A stretch of 64,000 nt of DNA from an uncultured Gemmatimonadales bacterium (GCA_963842945.1 CAWJIM010000018.1:84550-148549); one strand, 5' to 3'. Positions 30,932-40,500 are shown, numbered from the stretch's first letter. Notes: a model not told the origin generated them from the sequence alone. Program-made: numbers and translations.

Positions 30932-32030
30932 CTAGACGGAGGCTACCAAGGCGTCCAAACGGAGCCAACCTTCCGGGGTGAGCCGGATCCGGCCGTCCTG
31001 GAGCTCCGCCCACCCGCTTCTGATCCAGGTAGTTCGGAGGGCAGACGCAATGCTATGCTCTGGCAGCCCGTCCCTGGTTCGGAGGCCCAAGTACAGCTCC
31101 TCCAACCGGATGGCCGATTCGTCCAGCTCCTCCCGGCCGCCCAGGGGTGAGCCTCCTGCCTGCAGCGCGCGCTCGTATTCGGCCCATTCCCTGACGTTCC
31201 ACCGGCGTTGCCGGCCGAAGCCACTGTGGGCCGAGGGCCCCAGCCCAATGAAGGGTGCTCGTTTCCAGTAGGCCGAGTTGTGCCGGGCGCGGCGCCCGGG
31301 TAGTGCGGCGTTGGAGACCTCGTAGTGATCGTACCCCCGCTGGCGAGATCGCCTGATGGGCGGCCAGAAACTCCGCGGCATAGCGCTCCTCGTCCACCGG
31401 GGTCAGCTCGCCTCGGCCGGCTCTATGACCCAGCACGGTGTGGGGCTCGACTGTGAGGCCGTAGAACGAGAGATGCTCCGGTTCCAGGCCGAACGCGAGG
31501 TTCAGGTCTGTTTCCCAGTCCCTGGCGAGGTCGGCCGGAAGGCCGAAAATCAGATCCAGCGAGAGGTCCTGAAACCCGGCGCAGCGGAGCGCCTCCACCG
31601 CGGAGGGTACCTGCTCGGCCGTGTGGACCCGGTGCATCCACTGGAGCACCGCGGGATCAAATGATTGGACTCCCAACGAAATCCGGTTCACCCCCGCGGC
31701 TCGCCAGGAGGCCGATACCGGAAGGGTCACGTCATCGGGGTTGGCTTCCAACGTGATCTCGGCGTTCGCCGCAAGTGGCCGGTCGCGGGTGAAGCGGTCG
31801 AGCAGTCGGGCGATGGCGTCGGGCGGGACCCGGGACGGCGTGCCTCCACCGAAGTAGATGGTTTCAATGGCGGGCGATTCATCCCAGACCGGATCTTCCA
31901 ACCAGAGGGCCCATTCGTCGAGGACTGCGTGGGTGTACGCGGCGGACGGGACCTCCCGCCTGACCGCGATGGCAAAGTCGCAGTAGCTGCAGCGCCGGGC
32001 GCAAAATGGGACGTGGACATACACGTGCAT
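30932..32030 (-). CDS. hemW: Radical SAM heme chaperone HemW; apparent frameshift ~31345
   Basis: YVHVPFC..RCSYCDF, YFGGGTPS, YEVSN, HNSAYW. Confidence 0.93.
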
Positions 32031-32090
32031 GCCTGAATGTAGGCCCCACATGGGCGTGGAGGGCAAATAGCCTTGAATGGTCGTATGAGG

Positions 32091-32177
32091 GTGAGCCGGG
32101 TGGGCACTCGCGCAGGCTCCGCGACAACCGCTACTCCACCCCCCTGGGAGCCTGCGGCTCGCACCCACCCGGCTCAC
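32091..32177 (+). repeat. Structured element copy 1 (two-stem hairpin with 26-nt loop)
   Basis: 14-bp and 10-bp perfect stems; loop GCGACAACC-N11-CCCCTG. Confidence 0.85.
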
Positions 32178-32224
32178 GCTGGTGCATGCTGACAAGTCGA
32201 TCTCAGCGACTCTGAGACCATGCA

Positions 32225-32316
32225 AATGGAATGGGGATGGGTTCGATGGCAGCGTCCCAGGGGAAGGGTTGCGTGGTTGTCGCGGACGCTGCCCGAGGAC
32301 CCATCCCCATTCCATT
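32225..32316 (-). repeat. Structured element copy 2 (inverted homologue of copy 1)
   Basis: 17-bp and 10-bp perfect stems; minus-strand loop GCGACAACC-N11-CCCCTG. Confidence 0.85.
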
Positions 32317-32328
32317 CCCTACCCTGCT

Positions 32329-33444
32329 TCAGAATGACCGACGGACTCGCCGGAACACCCGGCCCGGCCCCTGCTCTACCACACCAGCAATCTCCAGCCC
32401 ACACAGAATCCCCAGCACATCGCCAATCGGCCGGCCGCATCGGGTTGCCAACTCATCAGGGTGCAGCGGTTGACCGCCGATGAGCTCCGCCAATTCCCGT
32501 TCAGCGTGTGACAAGGTCTCCGGCAGGGGCGGCTGAGCTGGACGAGCCACGCTCCCTTCGGCAGATGGCGCTCCGAGCTCGGGGAAATGCTGCAAGAGGT
32601 CGCCCGGATCGAGGAGCGGCGTTGCCCCGTCGCGGATCAACCGGTTGGTACCCTCCGAAACCGCGCTGGTGATGTTACCCGGTACGGCCATCACTTCCCT
32701 GCCCTGATCCAGCGCAGTTCCCGCGGTGATGAGCGCGCCCGAGCCGACTGCCGCCTCGACCACTACCGTAACCCGCGACAACCCGCTAATCAGCCGGTTC
32801 CTTCGGGGGAAGCTCCCGGCGTGGGGCCGCTCTCCCGGGGGAAACTCGCTGAGCAGTAGTCCTTCGGCTGCAACCCGCTGGTAGAGTTTGCTGTTGGCCG
32901 CGGGATAGACCACCCCGTGACCGTTGCCCAGGACTCCTATCGTGGTTCCCCCAGCATCGAGTGCCGCGGCATGCGCCACCGCGTCGAGCCCTCGGGCCAT
33001 GCCGCTCACGATTACCGCGCCGGCCCGAGCGGCCTCTCCCGCAACCTCCCGGCACACCGAGGCTCCATAGCTCGAATGGTCGCGGCTCCCTACCACTGCG
33101 GCCGCTGGACGGGAGAGCAGAGCGCGATCTCCCAGCGCAAACAGGACCGGGGGCGGGTCGGGAATGTGACGGAGAAGGGTCGGATACTCCTGGTCGTCCG
33201 GCAGCAGGACGGTTACACCCAGCTTCTCAGCGGCCTCGAGCGTCTTTTGCCCGATGTCCAGAGGTGTCTCTTTGAGCGCAGTCGCCATGGCGCGAGAAAA
33301 CCCGGACACGGTGCATAAAAGCTCGAACGGCGCCGAATGGGCGCCGAGTGGTGAGGGGTAGGCTGTGAGGAGCGCCGCAAGCCGGGCTGGTCCCATACCC
33401 GGCACTTGGGTGAGCGCCAGATACGCGACTCGCTCGTCGGGCAT
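32329..33444 (-). CDS. dprA: DNA processing protein DprA
   Basis: IPDPPPVL, VGSR, VSGMARGLD, FPRRNRLISGLS, SGALITA. Confidence 0.96.
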   Translation of the reverse strand: MPDERVAYLALTQVPGMGPARLAALLTAYPSPLGAHSAPFELLCTVSGFSRAMATALKETPLDIGQKTLEAAEKLGVTVLLPDDQEYPTLLRHIPDPPPVLFALGDRALLSRPAAAVVGSRDHSSYGASVCREVAGEAARAGAVIVSGMARGLDAVAHAAALDAGGTTIGVLGNGHGVVYPAANSKLYQRVAAEGLLLSEFPPGERPHAGSFPRRNRLISGLSRVTVVVEAAVGSGALITAGTALDQGREVMAVPGNITSAVSEGTNRLIRDGATPLLDPGDLLQHFPELGAPSAEGSVARPAQPPLPETLSHAERELAELIGGQPLHPDELATRCGRPIGDVLGILCGLEIAGVVEQGPGRVFRRVRRSF

Positions 33445-34481
33445 CACCCGTCTTCCTCCGACCAGGAGATCTCCGTCTCCGCGGTGTCCGCTTCGCTGCT
33501 TTTTGCCTGCTCCACCCATCTCCAGAGAAACTCCTTCAGGTCCTCGATGCCCTGCCCACTGGCGCTCGAGACGGGAATGATGCCGGCCGCCTCAGGAGCG
33601 CTCACAACCGGCAAGGCATCGTCGGGATGAAGGAGATCCGCCTTGGTGAGCAGAACGACATGGTTCTTCTGGGTGAGCTCCGGGCTGTACGCTTCGATTT
33701 CCTGGCGGAGCCGCTGATAGGTTGCCTGGGGATCTTCGCTCTCGAGCGGAACCAGGAAGGCAAGCACCCGGGTTCGCTCCACGTGCTGCAGGAAGCGGAA
33801 GCCGAGTCCCTTGCCCTGGTGGGCTCCTTCGATGATGCCGGGGATATCGGCCATGACAAACGTGCGATGGCCCGAGAGTGCGACCACGCCGAGGTTAGGC
33901 TCGAGCGTGGTGAACGGATAGTCTGCGATCTTGGGCCGGGCCGCCGATACTACCGACAGTAGCGTGCTCTTGCCGGCATTGGGCTCGCCCACCAGTCCCA
34001 CGTCGGCAATGAGCTTCAGCACCAGCTCGATTTGCCGGTCTTCACCCTCTTCTCCGGGCTCCCACTCGCGCGGAGCCTGATGAGTGGAGGTGGCGAATCG
34101 GGCATTGCCGCGCCCACCACGTCCGCCTCGCGCCACCCTCAGCGTGTCTCCGGCCTGGAGCACTTCCCCCAGGAGTTGTCCGGTGTCCGCATCGCGAACG
34201 ACCGTGCCGGGCGGGACCGGGAGATAAATGTCTGCCGATGAAGCGCCGGTCTGGGTTTTTCCTTTCCCGTGTTCTCCCCGGTCTGCCTTCCAGGTGGTCC
34301 GGTACCGGTAATCAAGCAGAGTGGCGAGGTTGGGATCGCCCTTGACGTAGACACTGCCGCCGTGGCCACCGTCGCCGCCATCAGGGCCGCCCTTCGGCTT
34401 GTACTTGAACCGGGCGAAGGAGCTGGCCCCCGATCCTCCGGTGCCACCCACCACTTTCACCACCGCGCGATCGATCAGCAT
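33444..34481 (-). CDS. obgE: GTPase ObgE
   Basis: GGPDGGDGG, GEPNAGKST, DYPFTT, DIPG. Confidence 0.97.
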   Translation of the reverse strand: MLIDRAVVKVVGGTGGSGASSFARFKYKPKGGPDGGDGGHGGSVYVKGDPNLATLLDYRYRTTWKADRGEHGKGKTQTGASSADIYLPVPPGTVVRDADTGQLLGEVLQAGDTLRVARGGRGGRGNARFATSTHQAPREWEPGEEGEDRQIELVLKLIADVGLVGEPNAGKSTLLSVVSAARPKIADYPFTTLEPNLGVVALSGHRTFVMADIPGIIEGAHQGKGLGFRFLQHVERTRVLAFLVPLESEDPQATYQRLRQEIEAYSPELTQKNHVVLLTKADLLHPDDALPVVSAPEAAGIIPVSSASGQGIEDLKEFLWRWVEQAKSSEADTAETEISWSEEDG

Positions 34482-35128
34482 CAGTCGGCGGGCGCCCAGC
34501 CGTTGCGCACCGTTTTCCAGAGCTCCTTGACCTTTTTCCACTGATCGAACGAGAGCAGCGGGTTCACGATAGAAAGCGCTCCCTCGATCTGACCGAAGGT
34601 GGCGCCGGCGTTCAGCGCCCCGCGAAGATGTGAGTGAAGCTGGCGAGGAGCCTCCAGCACCGCTGTCTGGGCCACGGTGCAGAGCTCACGCCGCCGGAGG
34701 TCGAGGCCGGGACGCGCCAGCGTGCGACCGTAACCCTCGGTGACCATCCAGCTGTCCACCGCCGGATGCAGCGCGTGGACGCTGTCCCGGAGCTTGCGGT
34801 AATTCTCTCCGTAAACCACAGCACACAGCTCCTCGCCTCGCCGAGCCCACTCGGGCGCGCGCGAGTAGTCCTGATCTGGATCCGAATCTGGCGCCTCGAG
34901 GCCGCTCGACTTCCGCCAGACCGTGAAGGCGATGAGCGCGCGCGGGTACCCCACCATGAGCGCGCTCTGCAGCAGCAGCTCCTCGACCCACATCGCCGGT
35001 ACCTGCGATGACCGGAGCTGGGTGACCCGCTCCCGGAGCTCCGGTTCGTAGCCCTGGGCTACGGCGGCAGCGAACCGCACCAGGTCTCGCGTTTGGAGAT
35101 CGAGGTTGTCCTGTTTCGCCATCATCAT
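34481..35128 (-). CDS. Carboxymuconolactone decarboxylase (AhpD-like) family protein
   Basis: YG..LARPGLDLRRREL...QLHSHLRGALNAG. Confidence 0.8.
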   Translation of the reverse strand: MMMAKQDNLDLQTRDLVRFAAAVAQGYEPELRERVTQLRSSQVPAMWVEELLLQSALMVGYPRALIAFTVWRKSSGLEAPDSDPDQDYSRAPEWARRGEELCAVVYGENYRKLRDSVHALHPAVDSWMVTEGYGRTLARPGLDLRRRELCTVAQTAVLEAPRQLHSHLRGALNAGATFGQIEGALSIVNPLLSFDQWKKVKELWKTVRNGWAPAD

Positions 35129-35246
35129 AATCCCGTGGAAGACGAACAGCGGATCGAATCGCCGCGGAGCCTACCATTTCCACTGCCATCGGCTTCAGTG
35201 CCAAGAAGATAGCAGAATTGCCCGCCCCGCCTTAGGTTTCGCCGCG

Positions 35247-36755
35247 ATGCCGTCACCAATCCGCGTTGTCCTCCTGGCGACGGCTTTGGCCGGCGTCGCC
35301 CTCCCCGCGCGACTCACCGCACAGGCATCTCCCTACATCCGGTTGGACGATCCCCGGCTGCCGCTGCTGGAACACCTGATCTCGCGGGGTGAGATAGAAG
35401 ATCCCTCGCCCATGCTGCGACCGTTCCGTCGGCGCGATGCCGTGCGGGTTCTCGCCGCGGCCGACACCGCCGGCGCCTCGAGTCTGTCCCTGATTCAGCG
35501 GCTCCGCCGCGAGTTCGGCGACTCGGCCGGCAATGTGTGGACCCTGGGCGGGCGAGGCGGGCTCCAGGGCTACACCCACGCTCGCCGCGAGCTGCTGCAC
35601 CCGAGCGGGGCCAGCGGGATCAGTCCCTACGCCGAGGTCCTGGGCGAGCTCACCCTGGGAAATCTGGTTCTGGTGACCCGTCCCACCGTCGAGCCCAGAT
35701 TGACGCACGACCAGGACTGGATCGGCCGGCGGGAGCTCAAGGTGTCCGGCCGCATGGCCGATGCGTACATCGGTGTGCAGTTCAAGTACGCCGATCTGTC
35801 CTACGGCCAGCTGGACCGGAACTGGGGCCCGGTGGGACTGCCGGGTATTCCGCTCAGCAACTACGGCTACGAGCGGCAGGGACTCACCATCGACATCGGT
35901 ACCCCCACCATTCGACTCTCTTCCCTGGCCACCGATCTGCAGGATCAGACCGACAGCCTGGGTCAGACGGTGCATCGATACTACTTCGTGCACCGGCTCC
36001 ACCTCCGCCCGTCGCGCCGGTTGATCCTCGCGCCCTGGGAAGGAATCATCGTGTCGGGCGTGGATCGGAACTTCGAAACCCGCTACCGCAATCCGCTTTC
36101 CATCGGTTATCTGGCAAACACCATTGGCTTCGGCGACCGGAGTAACGTGATGCTGGGGCTGGACGTGCAGTGGCGCCCGTTCCGGCACACCACCCTCCTT
36201 GCTCAGTTGGCGCTGGATGACTTCTGGTACGACGACCGGGAGCAAAACCGCGACCGCTGGGCGCTCACACTGGGGGCTCAGGGCCCACTGGGCAGGAACC
36301 TGGGCTGGCAGGCCCTGTACACCCAGGTTTCCAGCCTGGCGCTCCGGGCATTCAATCCCGGGGATAATTTCACCGACGCCGGTATAGGCATCGGGCGAAA
36401 TTTCAGCGACCAGGACCAGCTCACGCTGCGGGTCACCCTCCCGGTGAGAGGGAGATGGCTGTTGACGCCCGAGCTCACCGTGCTCCGGCAGGGAGAGGGA
36501 CAGATCAACGATCCCTATCCGGTCCCCGATGCCAACGGCGTGCGGTCGACTCCAGCACTATTCATCGGCGTGGTGGAGCGAACCTATCGCGGGGCGCTGG
36601 GACTGGCTGGGCGCACCGGTCCGCTCGATGTTTCGGCCACTGCCGGCTTTCATCACGTAGTGAACAGCGAGCACGAGGAGGGACACAGCGTGGATCGCTT
36701 CGAGGGTCGGATTCAGGCCACGCTGGGAATCAGCCGAACGGGAATACTCCGGTGA
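35247..36755 (+). CDS. Secreted/outer-membrane beta-barrel protein (Wzi-like)
   Basis: Signal peptide (ARLTA/Q), amphipathic strands, YGQLDRNWGP, HRL, DRSNVMLGLD. The Wzi resemblance is inference. Confidence 0.6.
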   Translation: MPSPIRVVLLATALAGVALPARLTAQASPYIRLDDPRLPLLEHLISRGEIEDPSPMLRPFRRRDAVRVLAAADTAGASSLSLIQRLRREFGDSAGNVWTLGGRGGLQGYTHARRELLHPSGASGISPYAEVLGELTLGNLVLVTRPTVEPRLTHDQDWIGRRELKVSGRMADAYIGVQFKYADLSYGQLDRNWGPVGLPGIPLSNYGYERQGLTIDIGTPTIRLSSLATDLQDQTDSLGQTVHRYYFVHRLHLRPSRRLILAPWEGIIVSGVDRNFETRYRNPLSIGYLANTIGFGDRSNVMLGLDVQWRPFRHTTLLAQLALDDFWYDDREQNRDRWALTLGAQGPLGRNLGWQALYTQVSSLALRAFNPGDNFTDAGIGIGRNFSDQDQLTLRVTLPVRGRWLLTPELTVLRQGEGQINDPYPVPDANGVRSTPALFIGVVERTYRGALGLAGRTGPLDVSATAGFHHVVNSEHEEGHSVDRFEGRIQATLGISRTGILR

Positions 36756-37783
36756 AGCCACCTCAGCCACTCGCGCGGGAGCGGGTGCTCCAGCTGATCC
36801 AGCGGATGCGGAGCAGCCGGGTGGTTGTCGTGGGCGACATCATGCTCGACCGCTACCTCATTGGCGACACCGAGCGGCTCTCCCCGGAGGCGCCCGTCCC
36901 GGTAGTTACCGTGGCCGAGCGGCATGCTGCGCTCGGCGGCGCGGCCAACGTCGCAGCCAACGTGGCTGCCGTGGGCGCTCGCTGTTTTCTGGTCGGCGCC
37001 GTCGGCGACGACGGTGACGGCGCCACAATCCGGCAGGAGCTGGCTGTGGCCCGGCTGGAGGATCGCTTCGTGCTGACCATTGCCGGGCGGCCCACCACTT
37101 CCAAGACCCGGATCATCGCCCGCGGCCAGCAGATCGTCCGCATCGACGACGAGGTTGACTCTCTGCTCGATGGACAGGACCTGGCCCGGCTGACTGCCGC
37201 CGCGCGCGAGGCTTTGGCCGACGCGGACGCGCTGCTCCTGGAGGACTACAACAAGGGCGCGCTGTCGCCGACGCTGATTCTGGCGGTCATGGAGGTTGCC
37301 CGGCGGCGCGGCATCCCCGTTGTGGTGGACCCGAAGTATCGCCAGTTCTTCGAGTACGCCGGGGCGACCGTATTCAAGCCTAACCGCCGGGAACTGGAAT
37401 CCGCTCTGGGCGCGGCAGCGGACCTCGAGAATGGCAACGTACTTCCGGACGTCCTCACCCGGCTCAAGGTGGACAACCTGCTGGTCACGCTGGGAGCTGA
37501 GGGGATGCTGCTGGTCACCAAGGACGGAAGTCTGACGCAGATCCCGAGCATAGCCCGGCAGATCTTCGATGTGTCAGGCGCCGGTGACACGGTCACCGCA
37601 TGGCTTGGAACTGCCCTGGCCGCAGGAGCTACGGTGCGGGAGGCGGCTCAGCTGGCTAACTACGCCGCCGGGGTGGAGGTCGGGAAACGGGGTGTGGCTA
37701 CGGTGTCGTCGGAGGAGGTGCTGGCAGTGTACGAGGAGCGGTTCGACCAGATCGGCAAGCTTCGCCGGGGAGGTGTGATCTAG
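36752..37783 (+). CDS. rfaE1: D-glycero-beta-D-manno-heptose-7-phosphate kinase (PfkB family)
   Basis: GDIMLDRY, RLSPEAPVPV, GGAANVA, DYNKG, DVSGAGDTV. Confidence 0.92.
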   Translation: MKPPQPLARERVLQLIQRMRSSRVVVVGDIMLDRYLIGDTERLSPEAPVPVVTVAERHAALGGAANVAANVAAVGARCFLVGAVGDDGDGATIRQELAVARLEDRFVLTIAGRPTTSKTRIIARGQQIVRIDDEVDSLLDGQDLARLTAAAREALADADALLLEDYNKGALSPTLILAVMEVARRRGIPVVVDPKYRQFFEYAGATVFKPNRRELESALGAAADLENGNVLPDVLTRLKVDNLLVTLGAEGMLLVTKDGSLTQIPSIARQIFDVSGAGDTVTAWLGTALAAGATVREAAQLANYAAGVEVGKRGVATVSSEEVLAVYEERFDQIGKLRRGGVI

Positions 37784-38910
37784 GATTCGGCCTGGGGCTC
37801 AGCGTCTGCCTGCCGCATGCTCCGGCGGACGCCGGTGCCGAAGCCAAGCCAGACCCGCCAGGTTTCCTTCACGTCTGCGATGTAGGTGCCCAGCCTGGCT
37901 GCCGCCTCGGCATACTCGGGCGCCAGCTCCACTGCCCCCGACTCCTCCATTCGCGTGCGTACCGCTCCTTCACAGTCGGCCAGGGCCACCTCGGCCAGCC
38001 GATCCTTGCTCCAGGACTTGGGGGCTCGAATACCGCACTTGGTCAGGAAGTTGAGCAGATGCCGACGGGTCCACCCCTTGATCCAGGTCTCCATGTCCCG
38101 GGCCGGAATCACCAGGCCGCTATCCAGCACTAGGCGAGATGAATCGGGAACGTCGAGGCCCCACCGCTGGGTCTCGTAGCGGCAGACGCTGGCCAGGGAC
38201 CGGGGGGTGGCTGGCTCCGCCACGATGTGCCGGAGGGCGTCCACGGCGTGGGCCCGGGAACCGAGGGGAAGCCGCGCCAGGATGGCGAGCAGTACCTGAA
38301 AGCTGCTGTCGTGCGGCGGGATCGGGGATCGCAGCGCATCGGGAGGAAGGGGGGCCCAGCAGGCCCAGTATTCCATTTCCTGCGCCATTTCCGATACGAA
38401 AGAATTCCGCCGCTCGAGCAGCTCGTTGATGCCCACCAGCGAAAAGCTGTGCGGGGCCATAACCGCGGCCAGGTAGTCCGAGGCCTCGCTAGCCATGATG
38501 AAGCCGGAAAAGAACTCGTGGGCAGCGAGCATGATGAGCGCGACCCGAAGGTCCAGGTACCCCACTTCGGTGCCCCGCTCGAGATGGCGGTCGAGCGGGG
38601 TTGCCATGACAGCCCGGGCCAAGTCGTGATACTTCCGGAGAACCTGCTCGCTGGTTCCGCGGACATCCGGATCGGCCCGCCGGACCCGCCAGAGATATTC
38701 GGCCAGTGCGTCCACATCCCCTCGGCGGACTCGCTCCCGGATCCAGGGAGAGAAGTCCTGACAGGGGATGCAGCTCGAGGGCTTGTGGGTCCGCGAGAGG
38801 CAGGGAAACTCGCGGTGCCCCCGCCCGGCGGCGTAACCCAGCAGATCGCTGGAAATGGGATCTTCCAGAGCGAGAACACCGCCCGATATCCGAAACTCTT
38901 CGTACCTCAA
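37780..38910 (-). CDS. Hypothetical protein
   Basis: 376-aa ORF filling the gap; C-x3-H-x4-C-x2-C near the N-terminus; start uncertain. Confidence 0.65.
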   Translation of the reverse strand: MRYEEFRISGGVLALEDPISSDLLGYAAGRGHREFPCLSRTHKPSSCIPCQDFSPWIRERVRRGDVDALAEYLWRVRRADPDVRGTSEQVLRKYHDLARAVMATPLDRHLERGTEVGYLDLRVALIMLAAHEFFSGFIMASEASDYLAAVMAPHSFSLVGINELLERRNSFVSEMAQEMEYWACWAPLPPDALRSPIPPHDSSFQVLLAILARLPLGSRAHAVDALRHIVAEPATPRSLASVCRYETQRWGLDVPDSSRLVLDSGLVIPARDMETWIKGWTRRHLLNFLTKCGIRAPKSWSKDRLAEVALADCEGAVRTRMEESGAVELAPEYAEAAARLGTYIADVKETWRVWLGFGTGVRRSMRQADAEPQAES

Positions 38911-39068
38911 AAGTTACCCCTAAGCAAATAGCGACTTGGAATGTTTCGCCGGACCGGAAAGACGGCAAGGGCCGGGGACACCGTTCAAGGGGCCAAATCC
39001 CGCGTCTGGAAGGTAAACCGGGCCAGATGGGCGCGGCACAGGGGAGTTCTTGCTGATGGCAATGAGAA

Positions 39069-39142
39069 TGGGCGATGAGGGGCTCGAACCCCCGACCTCG
39101 CGCATGTGAGGCGCGCGCTCTAACCAGCTGAGCTAATCGCCC
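39069..39142 (-). tRNA. tRNA-Val(CAC)
   Basis: GGGCGATTAGCTCAGCTGGTTAGAGC-GCGCGC-CTCACAT-GCGCG-AGGTCGGGGGTTCGAGCCCCTCATCGCCCA forms a cloverleaf; CCA not encoded. Confidence 0.97.
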
Positions 39143-39154
39143 GAACCCGGGCGG

Positions 39155-39183
39155 AGTCTACACCCGGCTCTGCCGAGTGGCAA
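39155..39183 (-). promoter_or_regulatory. Sigma70-type promoter of tRNA-Val
   Basis: TTGCCA-17 nt-TAGACT. Confidence 0.7.
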
Positions 39184-39187
39184 GCAG

Positions 39188-39218
39188 AAAAAAGCCCCGC
39201 GATCTCGCAGGGCTTTTT
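39188..39218. terminator. Intrinsic terminator (bidirectional form)
   Basis: AAAAAAGCCC...GGGCTTTTT hairpin downstream of 39250..40377. Confidence 0.75.
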
Positions 39219-39249
39219 CGATCAGATCTGAACTGACTGAGAACCCGAG

Positions 39250-40377
39250 CTACCTGCAGCTCTTGAACGGCTTGCTGCGGGCCTTGGTCCCCAGAGCGCT
39301 CAGGGCCGCCTTGATGTCCGAGCGAGCCATGTACTGGGCGTTGTACTTCCAGTTGAGGAAGGCACAGGGATAGGAGTTGCTGAGCAAGGCAGATCCCAAG
39401 GTCTTGAGCTGAGTGGCGGTCATGGATCCCCACCCACTGTAATAGCCCCGCAGGCCACCGTTCTTGGTTGCGGCGAGCTGATTCATCCCAACCACCAAGG
39501 AAAGTCCCGCCGCCTTGGCGTAATTCACGTTCGAGTTCAGGTAGTTGGTGACCGAGCCGAACCGCAGGGTGTACTGAGCCCAGGCACCGTCCAGATAGCT
39601 GTAGCGGTAGCCCTTGAGATAGGTGGGCGGGGAGCGAACGAGGGTGGCCATCCCGGGCCAGATCGACTTGCTGAACTTGGCCATGGCATCGAGGGTCTGG
39701 CGAGAGACCGTGGTGCCATTCCAGTTGCTGGGATCGTGCGGCTCATCGATCAGCCGGTGGCCAATGATGGTGCCGTCGGTGATGTACGGGTTCAGGTTGA
39801 GACCCTTGTACCGCGACACCAGGGACCTCCACTTGTCGAAGCTGAAGTGGCCGGCGCCGTCCTTGAAGTAGCGTTCGTTACCGACCATCACCACCATAAC
39901 GCGGGTGCCGCTGCGGCGCGCCGCCTCGAGATAGCTGAGGAGGGCGGACGGGCCGGGGTTGCTGAGCGCGCCGCTGTAGCGGCCGTAGAGCTCCTTCGGC
40001 AGCTGGGTGACGCCGAGGGGGATGCCGCCCCGGTACAGCAGGTTCGACATTCCAGGCGCGGCCGCGATGGCGCTGGGCGCGGAGAAGTTAAAGGGCCCAT
40101 TGTCCTCTTCGACCGGATCGTCGTCGGTGTTGTAGATCGGCCTACCGCCGGTGGGATCGTTCGGATCGGTGGCGCCGAGGGTGTCCTCCAGCGTCAGGGC
40201 AGTGGGATCGGCCGCACTGGGCTCGACCGCTGCGGGGACTACAGGCTGCTCTTCGGCTGGGGTGCTGCTGGTGATCTGATCGGCTGAGTCGCAGGCGGCA
40301 AAGCTCAGGGCAGCAAGGGCAATCAGGGACGCTCGAAATCGTGCCGGACGCCGATTCAGATGCAGGGTGTAGGTCAT
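39250..40377 (-). CDS. Lipoprotein with putative TIM-barrel glycoside-hydrolase-like domain (paralog A)
   Basis: MTYTLHLNRR N-terminus, FAAC lipobox, GH.LIDEP motif; homologous to 40833..42092. Confidence 0.8.
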   Translation of the reverse strand: MTYTLHLNRRPARFRASLIALAALSFAACDSADQITSSTPAEEQPVVPAAVEPSAADPTALTLEDTLGATDPNDPTGGRPIYNTDDDPVEEDNGPFNFSAPSAIAAAPGMSNLLYRGGIPLGVTQLPKELYGRYSGALSNPGPSALLSYLEAARRSGTRVMVVMVGNERYFKDGAGHFSFDKWRSLVSRYKGLNLNPYITDGTIIGHRLIDEPHDPSNWNGTTVSRQTLDAMAKFSKSIWPGMATLVRSPPTYLKGYRYSYLDGAWAQYTLRFGSVTNYLNSNVNYAKAAGLSLVVGMNQLAATKNGGLRGYYSGWGSMTATQLKTLGSALLSNSYPCAFLNWKYNAQYMARSDIKAALSALGTKARSKPFKSCR

Positions 40378-40427
40378 ACGTAACGTTCCTCTCTCCGTCG
40401 AAAGAATGAAGGAGACTCCACGGTTTG

Positions 40428-40500
40428 GTCGCGGCAGGCGAGGGGCCGACGCCGGCAGGGCCGGGTACGGCGGCTCATCGCGCGAGTTCTGACGCGAGGG
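40428..40500 (-). ncRNA. Candidate cis-regulatory leader RNA, copy A
   Basis: Conserved blocks shared with 42127..42199; 50 nt upstream of the ATG. Confidence 0.55.

Noticed and set aside
32091..32316. Integron attC sites or CRISPR repeats
   Set aside because: No RYYYAAC/GTTRRRY ends. There are only two copies, inverted, with no spacer array and no cas or intI gene.
37780..39142. Genomic island integrated at tRNA-Val
   Set aside because: No duplicated tRNA-Val 3' end and no integrase seen. The accessory cluster lies on the tRNA's 5' side.
39157..39183. CIRCE-like TTGCCACTC-N9-GGGTGTAGA
   Set aside because: Too many mismatches; better explained as the tRNA-Val -35/-10 promoter.
40428..40500. 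Known riboswitch or hammerhead identity for the conserved leader
   Set aside because: By eye it lacks the c-di-GMP-I/II, c-di-AMP, ZTP, guanidine-I and CUGANGA/GAAA core motifs. An Rfam search is still needed.
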